A program made the position numbers and the translations under genes. Of a stretch of 46,202 bases of DNA, positions 16,055-25,524 are shown piece by piece. The notes under the pieces were generated by a model. That model was not told the origin of the DNA. It did no database searches and saw nothing but the letters and a program-made list of their open reading frames with translations. The stretch is from a phage. Within the stretch, counting starts at the first letter, position 1. Each line of letters opens with the position of its first letter. Location of the stretch: the NCBI GenBank assembly GCA_025043315.1, contig GCA_025043315.1_4324.1, one strand, 5' to 3'.

Positions 16055-18045
16055 AACAATTCTCCAAAATTCTTAAAAGCTATTATATCCTTTCCTTTGC
16101 CATTCTTGCGGTGTGTCACCTGGACTGGCGCGCGAAACTTATCTGCGTTAGTCATAATCATTCTGGCATTCTTCAGCCTGCCAATTCGTGCTGCTTCAGC
16201 GCGATTTTCAATGTGAGCAAGGCAAAAGTTTTTCCAAAGCACACTACAAACCCTATGGTCAGATTCTGGATTGAAGAACTCCCAAGCGTTAAATCTTTCT
16301 CCGTTGTGGGCCATGATATTGTACTTAACAACAATGCCCGTTTGATTCTTGCTTAAACCAACTTGAAAATCATAAACCCGCAAATAGTCTCCGCGACGAT
16401 ACATCTTTCCAGTCAGGTTAGCGTTTGGGTCCTTAAGCGTTTCTCCGCATTCACGACAAACTTTTGCTGCTATGTCATTTTTAGTTCCACAACCTTTCTT
16501 GATTACCGCCTTTGTTTGTTGGTCGGTAATATCATCACATGTCGTGAACTGGAAAAAGTGATCGCATCTAACACCATCAATCTTATTGCTACAGCGTCTA
16601 GCAAATGGCGAGTTCTCATATCCACATTGCGGACACTGGCGAACCTTATCACCACCTTTTCTTGAGGATTTAAACTTCTCAGCCTGAATCTCCTCAATTA
16701 TTGGGTCAAAGTAAAGCTCTGCCATGTCATCAAGCGCTCCGGCAAAGTCTAATACCAAGTGGTCCTCCTTCTTGAACCCAGCATCTATGTGCGCCTTTTT
16801 TAGTTTTCGCATGCCACGACCAAGAAGCTGAATCATTAAGGTTAGACTGCCAATCTTGCGTAGTATGACGCTAGTATCCCACAGCGGTTGGTTTACGCCC
16901 GTAGTTAGACAACCAATCTGGAATATTATTTTGTACTTCCCTGTCTGGCAATCTGCAAGAATCTCTCTGCGCTTCCTCTCTCCGGTAGAATCGGTGATAA
17001 TGGCGTAAGGGTATCCATCCGGCAATGCCGCAGCAGCCTCATCACAATGAAGTTTTCCAGCGCAGGTGACCAATGCGGCGTTGCGAGTCTCCAGTATTTT
17101 GACGACAAACTGCATTATCTTTTGTGTCATGGTTTGGTTGTCGTGAATCTTTGCGGCCATTGCATCCATTTCTTTTCTGCTAAAGTCTTTCACGCCATCA
17201 CTACCGTCTGGAACAAACTCGCTAAGGTCATAACCCAAATCGCCAACCTCGCCATAAACAGTGGGAACCACGAATCCCAAATCAACAAGGTAATTTGTTG
17301 GAACCTGAATCACAGTTTTTCGCCAGAACCCACGGATATTTGGATTGCTAACGACGATATGATCATTGTTTCGATAAGGGCTACCAGTAAGGCCGAATAT
17401 ACGAAGCTCCCGCCCGTATTTTTCACGGCAGCGACGCTTCATCTCAGTGATTATTAGCGTGTACTGCGCGCGACCAGTGCCAAACAACCCTGTGTTTACG
17501 CCATCCTTAAAAACCATCTCGCCTTTCTTTGTGCTCATTTGTTCAAATGTTTCTTCGTTCTCTTCAGCCTCAACGATATCCATGTGATCAACCATATGAC
17601 ACTCATCGATTGCAATAACTGCCGGAACATAGTCACCAAGCCCCTTAAATAGGCCGTTGGCTGCCGTGCCCTCACTAGCAACTATGGTTGGGTAGTAAAC
17701 TGATTTAACGTTAAGTCCGGCGCAATAGACGCTGTTGCGGATGCCGAAATTACGAAGTTCTTCTGAGTTCTGGCTTACTATCTCTGACTGGCGAGAAAGA
17801 ACCATGTAAGGCAACCCCAATTGCTCCATGCGCTTTCCAATCATGGCGAGAATGATTGTCTTACCAGCAGATACTGAAAGGTCTGCGATAAATGGGGCCT
17901 CGTACTTCCCAATAGCCTTTCCGATAGCATCAAATGTAACGCACTGGAACTCGTAAGGAGTTATCTCTCCAAACTGATAGTCTTTCTGAATCTGTTTGAT
18001 TCTTTCTTTATCGAAGTTTGCAACCTGCTTCTCGATAGGCAACAT
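16051..18045 (-). CDS. SF2 DNA helicase with C-terminal zinc-ribbon region
   Basis: Walker A SVSAGKT, DExH-like IDECHMV, motif VI LGRGMRK; Cys clusters CPQCG...CRECG. Confidence 0.8.
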   Translation of the reverse strand: MLPIEKQVANFDKERIKQIQKDYQFGEITPYEFQCVTFDAIGKAIGKYEAPFIADLSVSAGKTIILAMIGKRMEQLGLPYMVLSRQSEIVSQNSEELRNFGIRNSVYCAGLNVKSVYYPTIVASEGTAANGLFKGLGDYVPAVIAIDECHMVDHMDIVEAEENEETFEQMSTKKGEMVFKDGVNTGLFGTGRAQYTLIITEMKRRCREKYGRELRIFGLTGSPYRNNDHIVVSNPNIRGFWRKTVIQVPTNYLVDLGFVVPTVYGEVGDLGYDLSEFVPDGSDGVKDFSRKEMDAMAAKIHDNQTMTQKIMQFVVKILETRNAALVTCAGKLHCDEAAAALPDGYPYAIITDSTGERKRREILADCQTGKYKIIFQIGCLTTGVNQPLWDTSVILRKIGSLTLMIQLLGRGMRKLKKAHIDAGFKKEDHLVLDFAGALDDMAELYFDPIIEEIQAEKFKSSRKGGDKVRQCPQCGYENSPFARRCSNKIDGVRCDHFFQFTTCDDITDQQTKAVIKKGCGTKNDIAAKVCRECGETLKDPNANLTGKMYRRGDYLRVYDFQVGLSKNQTGIVVKYNIMAHNGERFNAWEFFNPESDHRVCSVLWKNFCLAHIENRAEAARIGRLKNARMIMTNADKFRAPVQVTHRKNGKGKDIIAFKNFGELL

Positions 18046-18146
18046 ATCTGAATTCCTATAAAAATTGTCTTGTAGCGTTTAATTGAGTACAATATTACCA
18101 TCAAATCATGATGACTTTTAACAAAAAATGCTATTGAGGTAATAAG

Positions 18147-18632
18147 ATGAATGCAGTCGACAAGCGAACCATTAACGGTAATAACGGAACCATCCGCACT
18201 GAAGACAAAAAACAACGGAAACGACCTTCAGGTTACTACGTTTTGAAAGATGAGGTAAGGGCGGGTTTACGTGCGCGGCTGGAAATTGTTCTTGATTTCT
18301 TCGGCACAAAGGCAAATATGGCAAAGCAATTAAAGGTAACACCACAGGCTGTAGAGGAATGGTTTAAGCGCGGTATGATTTCTGCGCGCGGGGCTCAACT
18401 CTCACACAACTACTACAAGCGAACAGGGGAAGGCTTTCGCGCCACATTCTGCCGACCAGATCTGCAATTCGACGGAAACGGCAAGCCTCTTACTCTACGT
18501 TGCAAAAAGCGTCACATGCTGCGTGTTGTTACTGAGGCTGAATTAGCCACCAAGCCAGAGTGTCGATCATGGCGCAAGATTAAGGAAGAGAATCGCAAAA
18601 AGCGAGAAGCAGAGACAAATAGCACGAATTGA
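18147..18632 (+). CDS. HTH DNA-binding protein (Cro/YdaS-like), candidate regulator
   Basis: HTH-like TKANMAKQLKVTPQAVEEWFKRGMIS; basic N-terminus. Confidence 0.5.
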   Translation: MNAVDKRTINGNNGTIRTEDKKQRKRPSGYYVLKDEVRAGLRARLEIVLDFFGTKANMAKQLKVTPQAVEEWFKRGMISARGAQLSHNYYKRTGEGFRATFCRPDLQFDGNGKPLTLRCKKRHMLRVVTEAELATKPECRSWRKIKEENRKKREAETNSTN

Positions 18633-18662
18633 TAAACAATGGCGCTATGCATTGTGTATAGT
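18620..18662 (+). promoter_or_regulatory. palindromic promoter module (TAGCACGAATTGATA 18620-18634; TATAGT 18657-18662)
   Basis: 22-bp spacer; palindrome overlaps stop of upstream gene. Confidence 0.55.
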
Positions 18663-18682
18663 GCCTTTATTGTTTATGGAGG

Positions 18683-19213
18683 GTGTATATGAAAGTTAAT
18701 GATTTTGTTTATGTTGACGATGAATTTAAATTAAGATGGAAGAGTAGAGGTGTTGAATTCTTCAAAACAGAGAGGTCATCAAAGATCTGGAATAGTAGGT
18801 TTGCAAACAAGGAATGTGGATACATTAGGGATGACGGCTATCTTTCTTTTGAGTTCAATGGTCGAGCATACAGAAATCACAGGGTGATATGGGAAATTGT
18901 AACTGGTAATGAAATAGATGATAACATGGAGATTGACCATATAGATCATAATACAACAAACAACAATATTGAAAACCTTAGACTTGTTGACAGGAAAGAG
19001 AATTGCAAAAACCAATCCATGATGCCCCATAACTCGAGTGGCTTCACAGGTGTTCACTGGTGGTCAGCAAGAAACAAATGGAGAGCCCGCATCGAATGTG
19101 ATGGCAGAGTGAAAACAAAAACATTTGAAGACTTTAATGACGCTGTCGAGTGGAGAAAAGAAATGAACATAAATCTTGGCTTTCACAAGAATCATGGAGA
19201 TAAGAAAAAATGA
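18683..19213 (+). CDS. HNH homing endonuclease with AP2-like domain (second copy)
   Basis: IDHIDHNTTNNNIENLRLVDRKENCKN, SSGFTGVHW...KWRARI. Confidence 0.75.
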   Translation: MYMKVNDFVYVDDEFKLRWKSRGVEFFKTERSSKIWNSRFANKECGYIRDDGYLSFEFNGRAYRNHRVIWEIVTGNEIDDNMEIDHIDHNTTNNNIENLRLVDRKENCKNQSMMPHNSSGFTGVHWWSARNKWRARIECDGRVKTKTFEDFNDAVEWRKEMNINLGFHKNHGDKKK

Positions 19214-20133
19214 AATTTTATGATAAGAAAGAGGTATTGCCAAGAATGATGGGGATGTGGAAGGATGCCCTCATAAACATTTGTGATGCGCCTGAGAGCT
19301 TCTTTAATGGCAAGCACCAGCCATGCCTATATTGTGGAGGTCGGGATCGGGCTAGATGGACTGATAACCTATCTATAAAAGGTGACGGCGGAAATATATG
19401 CAATCAGTGCGGAAACGACACTGGAATAGGGTTGATGATGAGGCTTACTGGAATGAACTACAGTGAGGCCATAAATGTATTAGGTGACTGGCTCAACCTT
19501 ATACCTGCAGAGGTTATATCAAAAGCAAACAAAAGAGCATCTCGTACATCACCATACAAAATGGGCGCCCAGATTGATCACGAAAGATGCTTAGAGATAA
19601 TGGAAAGGACGGAAAGAGTAGAATCAACTCCGCTCAGTACATATGAGGGTATCTATAGCGAGTTTGGTTTTGATGTTGGCAGGACGAAATCAGGCGAATT
19701 AATACACGCAGTACCGTGCTTTATGGCTTATAATGATGGCATATCAGATGATATGTGCAATGTGATGTTTATCAATGAAGAGGGAGATGTTAGTTATGCT
19801 GCAAAAGATTATACTCGCCAGTCTGTGGCTGTTATTGGTTCCTTTAAGGATGATGAGTACGCTTACCTGGTCGATAATTGGGTTGATGGTGTTCGCGTTC
19901 ATCTTGCTACTGGCAACCGCAGCGTGCTTGTTTGCCACTCCAGCTACAACATGGAAATGGTTGCTTATGCGCTTAAAAAATACAAGTTACGCGTCGCTTG
20001 TACTATCCACGATTTTGATTTACTTGCCGTTGCTGACGATCGCAATCTTGATGTTGTAATGCCAAATGATGATAATTTTTTCAAGTCAGGAATAAGAAAG
20101 AGAATATACAAGGCAAGCGAATTACTAAACTAA
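19210..20133 (+). CDS. putative DNA primase with N-terminal zinc ribbon
   Basis: C-x2-C...C-x2-C (CLYCGG...CNQCGN); replication-module position. Confidence 0.5.
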   Translation: MKFYDKKEVLPRMMGMWKDALINICDAPESFFNGKHQPCLYCGGRDRARWTDNLSIKGDGGNICNQCGNDTGIGLMMRLTGMNYSEAINVLGDWLNLIPAEVISKANKRASRTSPYKMGAQIDHERCLEIMERTERVESTPLSTYEGIYSEFGFDVGRTKSGELIHAVPCFMAYNDGISDDMCNVMFINEEGDVSYAAKDYTRQSVAVIGSFKDDEYAYLVDNWVDGVRVHLATGNRSVLVCHSSYNMEMVAYALKKYKLRVACTIHDFDLLAVADDRNLDVVMPNDDNFFKSGIRKRIYKASELLN

Positions 20134-20156
20134 CCTCCTTCGGGAGGTTTTTTTAT
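20133..20156 (+). terminator. rho-independent terminator (CCTCC-TTCG-GGAGG plus T7)
   Basis: hairpin 20135-20148 then T-tract. Confidence 0.7.
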
Positions 20157-20181
20157 GCATTAAAGATGATACAATCCACTT

Positions 20182-20196
20182 TAGCAATTCGTGCTA
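20182..20196. promoter_or_regulatory. palindrome TAGCAATTCGTGCTA without the usual -10/leader, upstream of tail fibre gene
   Basis: exact palindrome core; no TATAAT-like hexamer at the 22-bp position on either strand. Confidence 0.4.
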
Positions 20197-20221
20197 AACA
20201 ACAATATAGGAATTGATTATT

Positions 20222-22579
20222 ATGGCAATTTATGACTTAGGAACCGCATCGCTAGCCGCGAATGGCGAAGTGACTGGCGTAGGAACAACATGGAAGGCAC
20301 CACTTACACTGATCAGAGTTGGTGCAACCATCGTATTTAAAACTGAACCAGTACAGATTTACACCATCTCAGAAATCATCAGCGATACGCGGATTAATGT
20401 TTACAACCCTAATTCTGAAACTGTTCCTGCTGGCACTGGTTACGCGATTCTTGCGCACGACGGGATTACCGTCCAGGGTTTAGCTCAGGATGTTGCCGAA
20501 ACTTTGCGCTACTATCAGTCAAAAGAGACCTCAATTGAGTCATTAATTGAAATAATTGAAAACTCAGATATTGATGTTATTGATGGCAAAATTCAGGAAA
20601 TGCAGCAAATTCTAAGTAGCACAATGGCAGCCGAAGGATCAGCAAAATCCAGTAGTGATAGCGCTCTTGAATACAGTAATAAATCAATAAGCAGCGCTAA
20701 TGAGTCAAAGTCTGCAAGGGATGAGGCTGTAGCCGCTAAGAATTCGACAATTGAAGCGATTAATAACGCAGGAGATGCAGGTACACTAGTGACATTATCT
20801 GGTTCTAATGGGGCATCACTTATTGGAACCACTGATGGTTCAACCATTCAGGACGAGATTTCGAGTCTTAAAGCCAATGGGGCTTCAATTATTCGAACCA
20901 CTGATGGTTCAACCATTCAGGACGAGATTTCGAGTCTTAAAGCCAATGGGGCTTCAATTATTCGAACCACTGATGGTTCAACCATTCAGGACGAGATTTC
21001 GAGTCTTAAAGCCAATGCTGGAAATCTTAGGGCAGAACTAGCTTCTGATAATGGATTTAATATCGTCAATTACAAGAGGCCTGGTGTTAATGGTTCTGTA
21101 ATTAATTCGCTATCTACCAGGTACGCTTACACTTTAGACGCCGTGGCTGATTTCGGAGCTGACCCAACAGGTTCAACAGATAGTTACGAAGCATTGCAGG
21201 CGTGGGCGAACGCATGTGTTGCTGGGCCATGGGCTACAGGAACTATTAACGGAATATTCAGGATCAGTAAAACACTTGAGTTCGCCAATATCGCTGGATT
21301 GACCATTATTGCTAACTGTTACATATACCCAACTTTCGAATCTGGCGATGCTGTGATTCGCTATCGCAATGGCCAGGGTCTTCGTGTTTACGGTCGCTTT
21401 GAAGCGTCAGGTCAGAATAAGATAGGTATCCGTGCGGCTCATAAGATTTACACCGATAATGATAATGGTTTTAGCTTTTCCTACCTATATGGTGCTTGCG
21501 CTAGTGATGCTCTTACTGGTTTCGAGTTTGGTGACGCGGCTTATCCTAGCGGTCTAGTTTCCGAAATGTCACTGATTGGTGGTTACTCAGTGGGGTGCCC
21601 ATGCGCGGTTCGAGCTATAGGTTCCCAGTGCTATATTAACTTGGATGGATTCGATGCTGTGTCTGGAGGGGTGGGTGATCTTAGTTCCGTTACACAATAC
21701 ACCATTCATGTAAAGGGGGCTAATGTTAAAGTTCGTGGCGGTGAGATTCAGCACAATAATAATATCTACGGAGCTAGCATTCTCGTAGAGCCTCAAACTG
21801 ATCCTCTTTTCAATAATCAGTTCGGAAGCATTGAGGTTAATGCTTGCCATGTTGAGACAGCAGCGCAGCTGTGTTTTATTGCGAATCTTGATGGTGTGGA
21901 ATCACCTAAGAGTGATTTTACTAATATTTCATTTAAAGGACTGCGTGGTTATCACTCCCAGGATAACGGACCATTTATTAGCACGCACTCAACTGCCATT
22001 GAAAGTAACTATTCTGGAACCATTAGTTGGGCTAATATGTCTGGAATGCACTGCGGAGTCACCAGAACACAGCCTAACATACAGGCTGGGAGTCTATCTA
22101 GAGTGTACTACGACGAGACATATGGTGCTGGGTTCCGTAAAGGATTACAGTCTGTATCTGGCGGTATATTGCACTTTAGTCGTAGGCCTGTATGTATAGC
22201 TCAGAACACAGGTGGACAGACTCTTACTGCAGCCACTGACAAAATAATTTGGGGGGGGCTGGTTTCAACTGACGACTCTTACCGCTGGAACGCACAGTAC
22301 AGCGGGGGTACATTTACAGTGCCAGCGGGTGGTTTAAAGGATGTTCACGTTCATGCTGTAGCAAGGATTGACACAAATGTTCAGCTTAGTATGACTGTTT
22401 TCGTAGACGGCGGCGCACAAAGTTTGGCTATACCCAGCGCGGGAGCGGCTGAGCTTAATGCATTCCTTGGTGATTTAGATGCGGGTAGAGAAATTGAGAT
22501 CAGAGCTAGTGTAAGTCCAGGTTCGGCTATTTTGAATGGAGGTTATTTTGAGAGGATGACTATTACTGCATCAAGGTAG
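20222..22579 (+). CDS. tail fibre / tailspike protein with three tandem 23-aa repeats
   Basis: 785 aa from ATG at 20222 (track 788 aa from TTG 20213); repeats GASxIxTTDGSTIQDEISSLKAN x3; C-terminal Gly/Asn-rich region suggestive of a beta-helix. Confidence 0.7.
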   Translation: MAIYDLGTASLAANGEVTGVGTTWKAPLTLIRVGATIVFKTEPVQIYTISEIISDTRINVYNPNSETVPAGTGYAILAHDGITVQGLAQDVAETLRYYQSKETSIESLIEIIENSDIDVIDGKIQEMQQILSSTMAAEGSAKSSSDSALEYSNKSISSANESKSARDEAVAAKNSTIEAINNAGDAGTLVTLSGSNGASLIGTTDGSTIQDEISSLKANGASIIRTTDGSTIQDEISSLKANGASIIRTTDGSTIQDEISSLKANAGNLRAELASDNGFNIVNYKRPGVNGSVINSLSTRYAYTLDAVADFGADPTGSTDSYEALQAWANACVAGPWATGTINGIFRISKTLEFANIAGLTIIANCYIYPTFESGDAVIRYRNGQGLRVYGRFEASGQNKIGIRAAHKIYTDNDNGFSFSYLYGACASDALTGFEFGDAAYPSGLVSEMSLIGGYSVGCPCAVRAIGSQCYINLDGFDAVSGGVGDLSSVTQYTIHVKGANVKVRGGEIQHNNNIYGASILVEPQTDPLFNNQFGSIEVNACHVETAAQLCFIANLDGVESPKSDFTNISFKGLRGYHSQDNGPFISTHSTAIESNYSGTISWANMSGMHCGVTRTQPNIQAGSLSRVYYDETYGAGFRKGLQSVSGGILHFSRRPVCIAQNTGGQTLTAATDKIIWGGLVSTDDSYRWNAQYSGGTFTVPAGGLKDVHVHAVARIDTNVQLSMTVFVDGGAQSLAIPSAGAAELNAFLGDLDAGREIEIRASVSPGSAILNGGYFERMTITASR
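20811..21017 (+). repeat. 3 x 69-bp in-frame tandem repeat inside tail fibre gene
   Basis: units 2 and 3 identical, unit 1 differs at a few positions. Confidence 0.9.
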
Positions 22580-22603
22580 TATTTAATATTCATTATTTTG
22601 TCA

Positions 22604-22635
22604 TAAAAAAAGCCCCGAAAGGGGCTTTATCTTTT
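22604..22635. terminator. bidirectional rho-independent terminator (AGCCCC-GAAA-GGGGCT)
   Basis: hairpin 22611-22626 flanked by A-run and T-run; between convergent tail fibre and ssb genes. Confidence 0.7.
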
Positions 22636-22636
22636 A

Positions 22637-23053
22637 TTAGAATGGGATATCGTCGTTGAATTGACTTTGCTGCTGAGGTTTTTGTTGCTGAGTTTTCTGT
22701 TGTTGTCTTTGCTGCTGCTGTTGTGGCACTGAATCACCACGCTGACTAAACTCAAGTCGAGGGTTATTCATATTAACTGTAACGTAAGTATTGCCATCTT
22801 TATCGCGGACATCAACCGACAAACTCTCGGCGCTTAGGCTGACAACTTTACCTTCCTGAAATGCTTCGTTATACCAATCCAGCATCGACTCTTTGGCGAA
22901 AAGTACTGCGCGGTAGTTTGTGTACTTAGTTTGACCATCTTTATCCTTGTATCGCTCGCTCAAATCAACTGCAAACATCTTCCAGTTACCATTTTCGTTT
23001 GCGCCTTCTTTAGTGAACGGAGCGCGGCGAATCTGACCAGTAATTACGTGCAT
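22637..23053 (-). CDS. ssb: single-stranded DNA-binding protein
   Basis: Gln-rich linker (QQQQQRQQQKTQQQKPQQQSQ) and acidic tip FNDDIPF as in bacterial SSBs. Confidence 0.75.
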   Translation of the reverse strand: MHVITGQIRRAPFTKEGANENGNWKMFAVDLSERYKDKDGQTKYTNYRAVLFAKESMLDWYNEAFQEGKVVSLSAESLSVDVRDKDGNTYVTVNMNNPRLEFSQRGDSVPQQQQQRQQQKTQQQKPQQQSQFNDDIPF

Positions 23054-23095
23054 GTTTTTATCTCTCTTTTTGCTGGGTCCAAAGCCCCGTTTAAT

Positions 23096-23746
23096 TTAGA
23101 ATGTGTCGATTTGTTGTGATTCTACTTCAATCTTTTCTTCATGACTACTTTTTTCCGCGACTTTCTTTGGTGTTGCTGGGTTGAATCCAGTTGCTGCGTT
23201 TGCTTCGATTTCTGCTTTTCGCTCGATAATGTGAGGTTCAAAAACCTTCCACCCCGCTGCGTCAAGTGATTGCTTGGCTTCTTTCCAAACATTACGAAGC
23301 TCATCAAGGGTGTTGCATTTCTCGAGCTCTCTCTTGAAGTCCTTAACACCTTTCGCTGCGAGATTTCCATCATCATCTGCCTGGCTAAGTCCTAGTGCTG
23401 CTGTGATGCCGTAACGTCGCGCGTATGTAAGTGCAGAACCGTAACCTTGAGCGTCTTGCTTGCTGATTGGGACAATCATTAAGAAGCTAACCCACTCCCC
23501 TGATTCGGCGTGGAATAGCTTTGTCTCAACCTTCATGCGATTCGTTTGTTCATAATCAAGCACACTTTGGAACATAACAAGACCGCACTCATCTAAACCT
23601 GGCTCGACAGCCGCCAAAACGTCTTCTAAGGTAGCGTATTTATTCTTAAGGTGTGAGTTCTGCTTAGACTTTTCAGCCTTCGCAAATAGCGATTTAGCAG
23701 TGTGCAGGGCGTTTAAAATTGATTTGCATGATTCTGAAATTTGCAT
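23096..23746 (-). CDS. Erf-family single-strand annealing protein
   Basis: motif GSALTYARRYG; adjacent to ssb and exonuclease. Confidence 0.6.
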   Translation of the reverse strand: MQISESCKSILNALHTAKSLFAKAEKSKQNSHLKNKYATLEDVLAAVEPGLDECGLVMFQSVLDYEQTNRMKVETKLFHAESGEWVSFLMIVPISKQDAQGYGSALTYARRYGITAALGLSQADDDGNLAAKGVKDFKRELEKCNTLDELRNVWKEAKQSLDAAGWKVFEPHIIERKAEIEANAATGFNPATPKKVAEKSSHEEKIEVESQQIDTF

Positions 23747-23775
23747 CTTTAACCTCGTTCGTTGTTGATGGGGTA

Positions 23776-23818
23776 ATCATACCCCACCTTTTAATTTTGT
23801 ATTTAGCAATTCGTGCTA
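23776..23818 (-). promoter_or_regulatory. palindromic promoter module (TAGCAATTCGTGCTA 23804-23818; TATGAT 23776-23781)
   Basis: 22-bp spacer; leader TACCCCATCAACAACGAACGAGG. Confidence 0.6.
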
Positions 23819-23819
23819 T

Positions 23820-24785
23820 TTAGATTTCTTTGTATTGTTTTAGAGCCCAATCAGGAACTAATAGCTCTTGCTCTGTTATGCCGTTCGAGTACCCAGGCCA
23901 AATATCCAACTCCTTGCACTTCTTGTAGGTCGCCAGCGCCTCTAAATATTGAAGCCTTCCGATTCTGAGTTGCTCATCTGTCAAGGTGTACAGCATTGGT
24001 AGATATGGCTCCACCTTCTCCTGCGCAAGCAATCCTACAACAACCTTTCGCTTCTCGCTGAATGCCTTCACAAACAGATCTCTCTGAAGAGCCATTTTTG
24101 CAAGGTATCCGTGAGAGAATGCTGACTTACCAAATCCTTCCGGGCTTGCGTCAGCTGTTGTTTTATAATCTGTGATCCGAACGACTCCATCAACAACGTC
24201 AACGTGGTCAATTCGAATCTTCACTCCGACACCAAGAATCTCACCGAATATTGATAGCTCTTTTTGTGCTGTCTCACTATTCACGATTGCATTATATGCC
24301 GGTATATTGCAAAGAACCTCACGCATAGCCACAACTTTATCGTAGTCTGCTGCGCTAACTAGCTCCTTGCCCTCTACAAGAGCCTGTGCGCTCTCCTGCT
24401 GCTCAATTAGCCATTTAACATCCCAATCCTCACCGGAGCGATACATCATCTCTACGAGCTCGATATACCCCTTCCCTGACGTGCCAGCTACGCCAACTTT
24501 TTTAAGTGCTGCCGATAATCCGGCCTGGCTTGTAATTAATCCTTCAATCGCGTCAAGGTCTGTAGCTCGAAGGTATTCTTTATCAAACATGTCACCTTCG
24601 AGGATGTACGTGTGTGACAGGGTTCCAAACTTAAGCGCCTTGCTATTATTGTTGCGCTGCTTGAACTTCCACTTAGCTGGTGAACCCTGGATAATCTCGA
24701 CAAGTGAGGAGCCTGAGATGTGGTCAGTTTCAGCGTGGTAAGCCTCGTTGCTTAGCTCCTCTCTCGTAAAAACTTTAAAAGTCAT
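23820..24785 (-). CDS. putative PD-(D/E)XK recombination exonuclease
   Basis: 321 aa; nuclease-like RIDHVDVVDGVVRITDYKTT; upstream partner of Erf. Confidence 0.5.
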   Translation of the reverse strand: MTFKVFTREELSNEAYHAETDHISGSSLVEIIQGSPAKWKFKQRNNNSKALKFGTLSHTYILEGDMFDKEYLRATDLDAIEGLITSQAGLSAALKKVGVAGTSGKGYIELVEMMYRSGEDWDVKWLIEQQESAQALVEGKELVSAADYDKVVAMREVLCNIPAYNAIVNSETAQKELSIFGEILGVGVKIRIDHVDVVDGVVRITDYKTTADASPEGFGKSAFSHGYLAKMALQRDLFVKAFSEKRKVVVGLLAQEKVEPYLPMLYTLTDEQLRIGRLQYLEALATYKKCKELDIWPGYSNGITEQELLVPDWALKQYKEI

Positions 24786-24979
24786 TTTATTTTCACCTCA
24801 ACATTTCTCGTTGAAACGGTAACGGGAACCTCACTACAACCCATAAGTACTTTCGCCAAATCAGAACAGGTAGTTGTTATATTTATCTCCCTTCCTGTGG
24901 CAAATTTTACCCTTAACCTTACCTCAGGATCTTTCTCGTCGTTGTATGGTGACTTGTTAATGTCAATAAATGCCTTCAT
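24782..24979 (-). CDS. hypothetical protein
   Basis: 65 aa ORF. Confidence 0.4.
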   Translation of the reverse strand: MKAFIDINKSPYNDEKDPEVRLRVKFATGREINITTTCSDLAKVLMGCSEVPVTVSTRNVEVKIK

Positions 24980-24982
24980 GAT

Positions 24983-25177
24983 TTACCCCTTGACCTTAAC
25001 CACTTTAACAGACTTCAAATCCTCCTCAGTGAAGTAACCAGTCAGCACATCTCGGGCTTCTTCTTTGGTCTCGAATCTGTCCGCTTCGCTCTTATCTGTT
25101 GTGTATCCAGCAGGGCCGCCAAAGTAGCAGTCTCCGAACAGTGCGTTGTTTTTCTCTTTGATAATGTAGTATGTCAT
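24983..25177 (-). CDS. hypothetical protein
   Basis: 64 aa ORF. Confidence 0.4.
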   Translation of the reverse strand: MTYYIIKEKNNALFGDCYFGGPAGYTTDKSEADRFETKEEARDVLTGYFTEEDLKSVKVVKVKG

Positions 25178-25524
25178 TTTTGTAACCCCACGATGATTTC
25201 GATATGCTCTTTAGTTGTCTTTTCTATTCTAATTGATTTATTTTTCCAGTCTTCACCATATGATGACTCGCATAATTTAAGAGCTATTTCGTAAGTTAAC
25301 CCAATAAAAACCGGAGCATAGCTAGGTAGTATTACGGTGTGAGCTGAGTATCTATCTATTTTCTTTCCCATTTTCGTATCTCTTTGGTTGTTTGCTTTCG
25401 ATGAGGTAACTATATATTCGCAAGTGCAGCCAGTCCAATTGGTTTCGCCAATCGTTGATTCAAACTTACGCGTGAATATTTGTAATTCCGTGTAGGCATT
25501 GCCACTTGTTACGTAAAATGGCAT
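25174..25524 (-). CDS. hypothetical protein (start uncertain)
   Basis: 116 aa ORF whose ATG lies inside conserved regulatory region B. Confidence 0.4.
   Translation of the reverse strand: MPFYVTSGNAYTELQIFTRKFESTIGETNWTGCTCEYIVTSSKANNQRDTKMGKKIDRYSAHTVILPSYAPVFIGLTYEIALKLCESSYGEDWKNKSIRIEKTTKEHIEIIVGLQK

Noticed and set aside
20811-21017. Possible CRISPR array (direct repeats)
   Set aside because: Units are contiguous with no spacers, lie in frame inside a long coding gene, and 69 bp is far from CRISPR repeat size.
20808-21041. Track ORF (77 aa, repetitive MVQPFRTRFRVLKPMGLQLFEPL...) on the plus strand
   Set aside because: Alternate-frame translation of the 69-bp tandem repeat inside the tail fibre gene; its internal repetition mirrors the DNA repeat.
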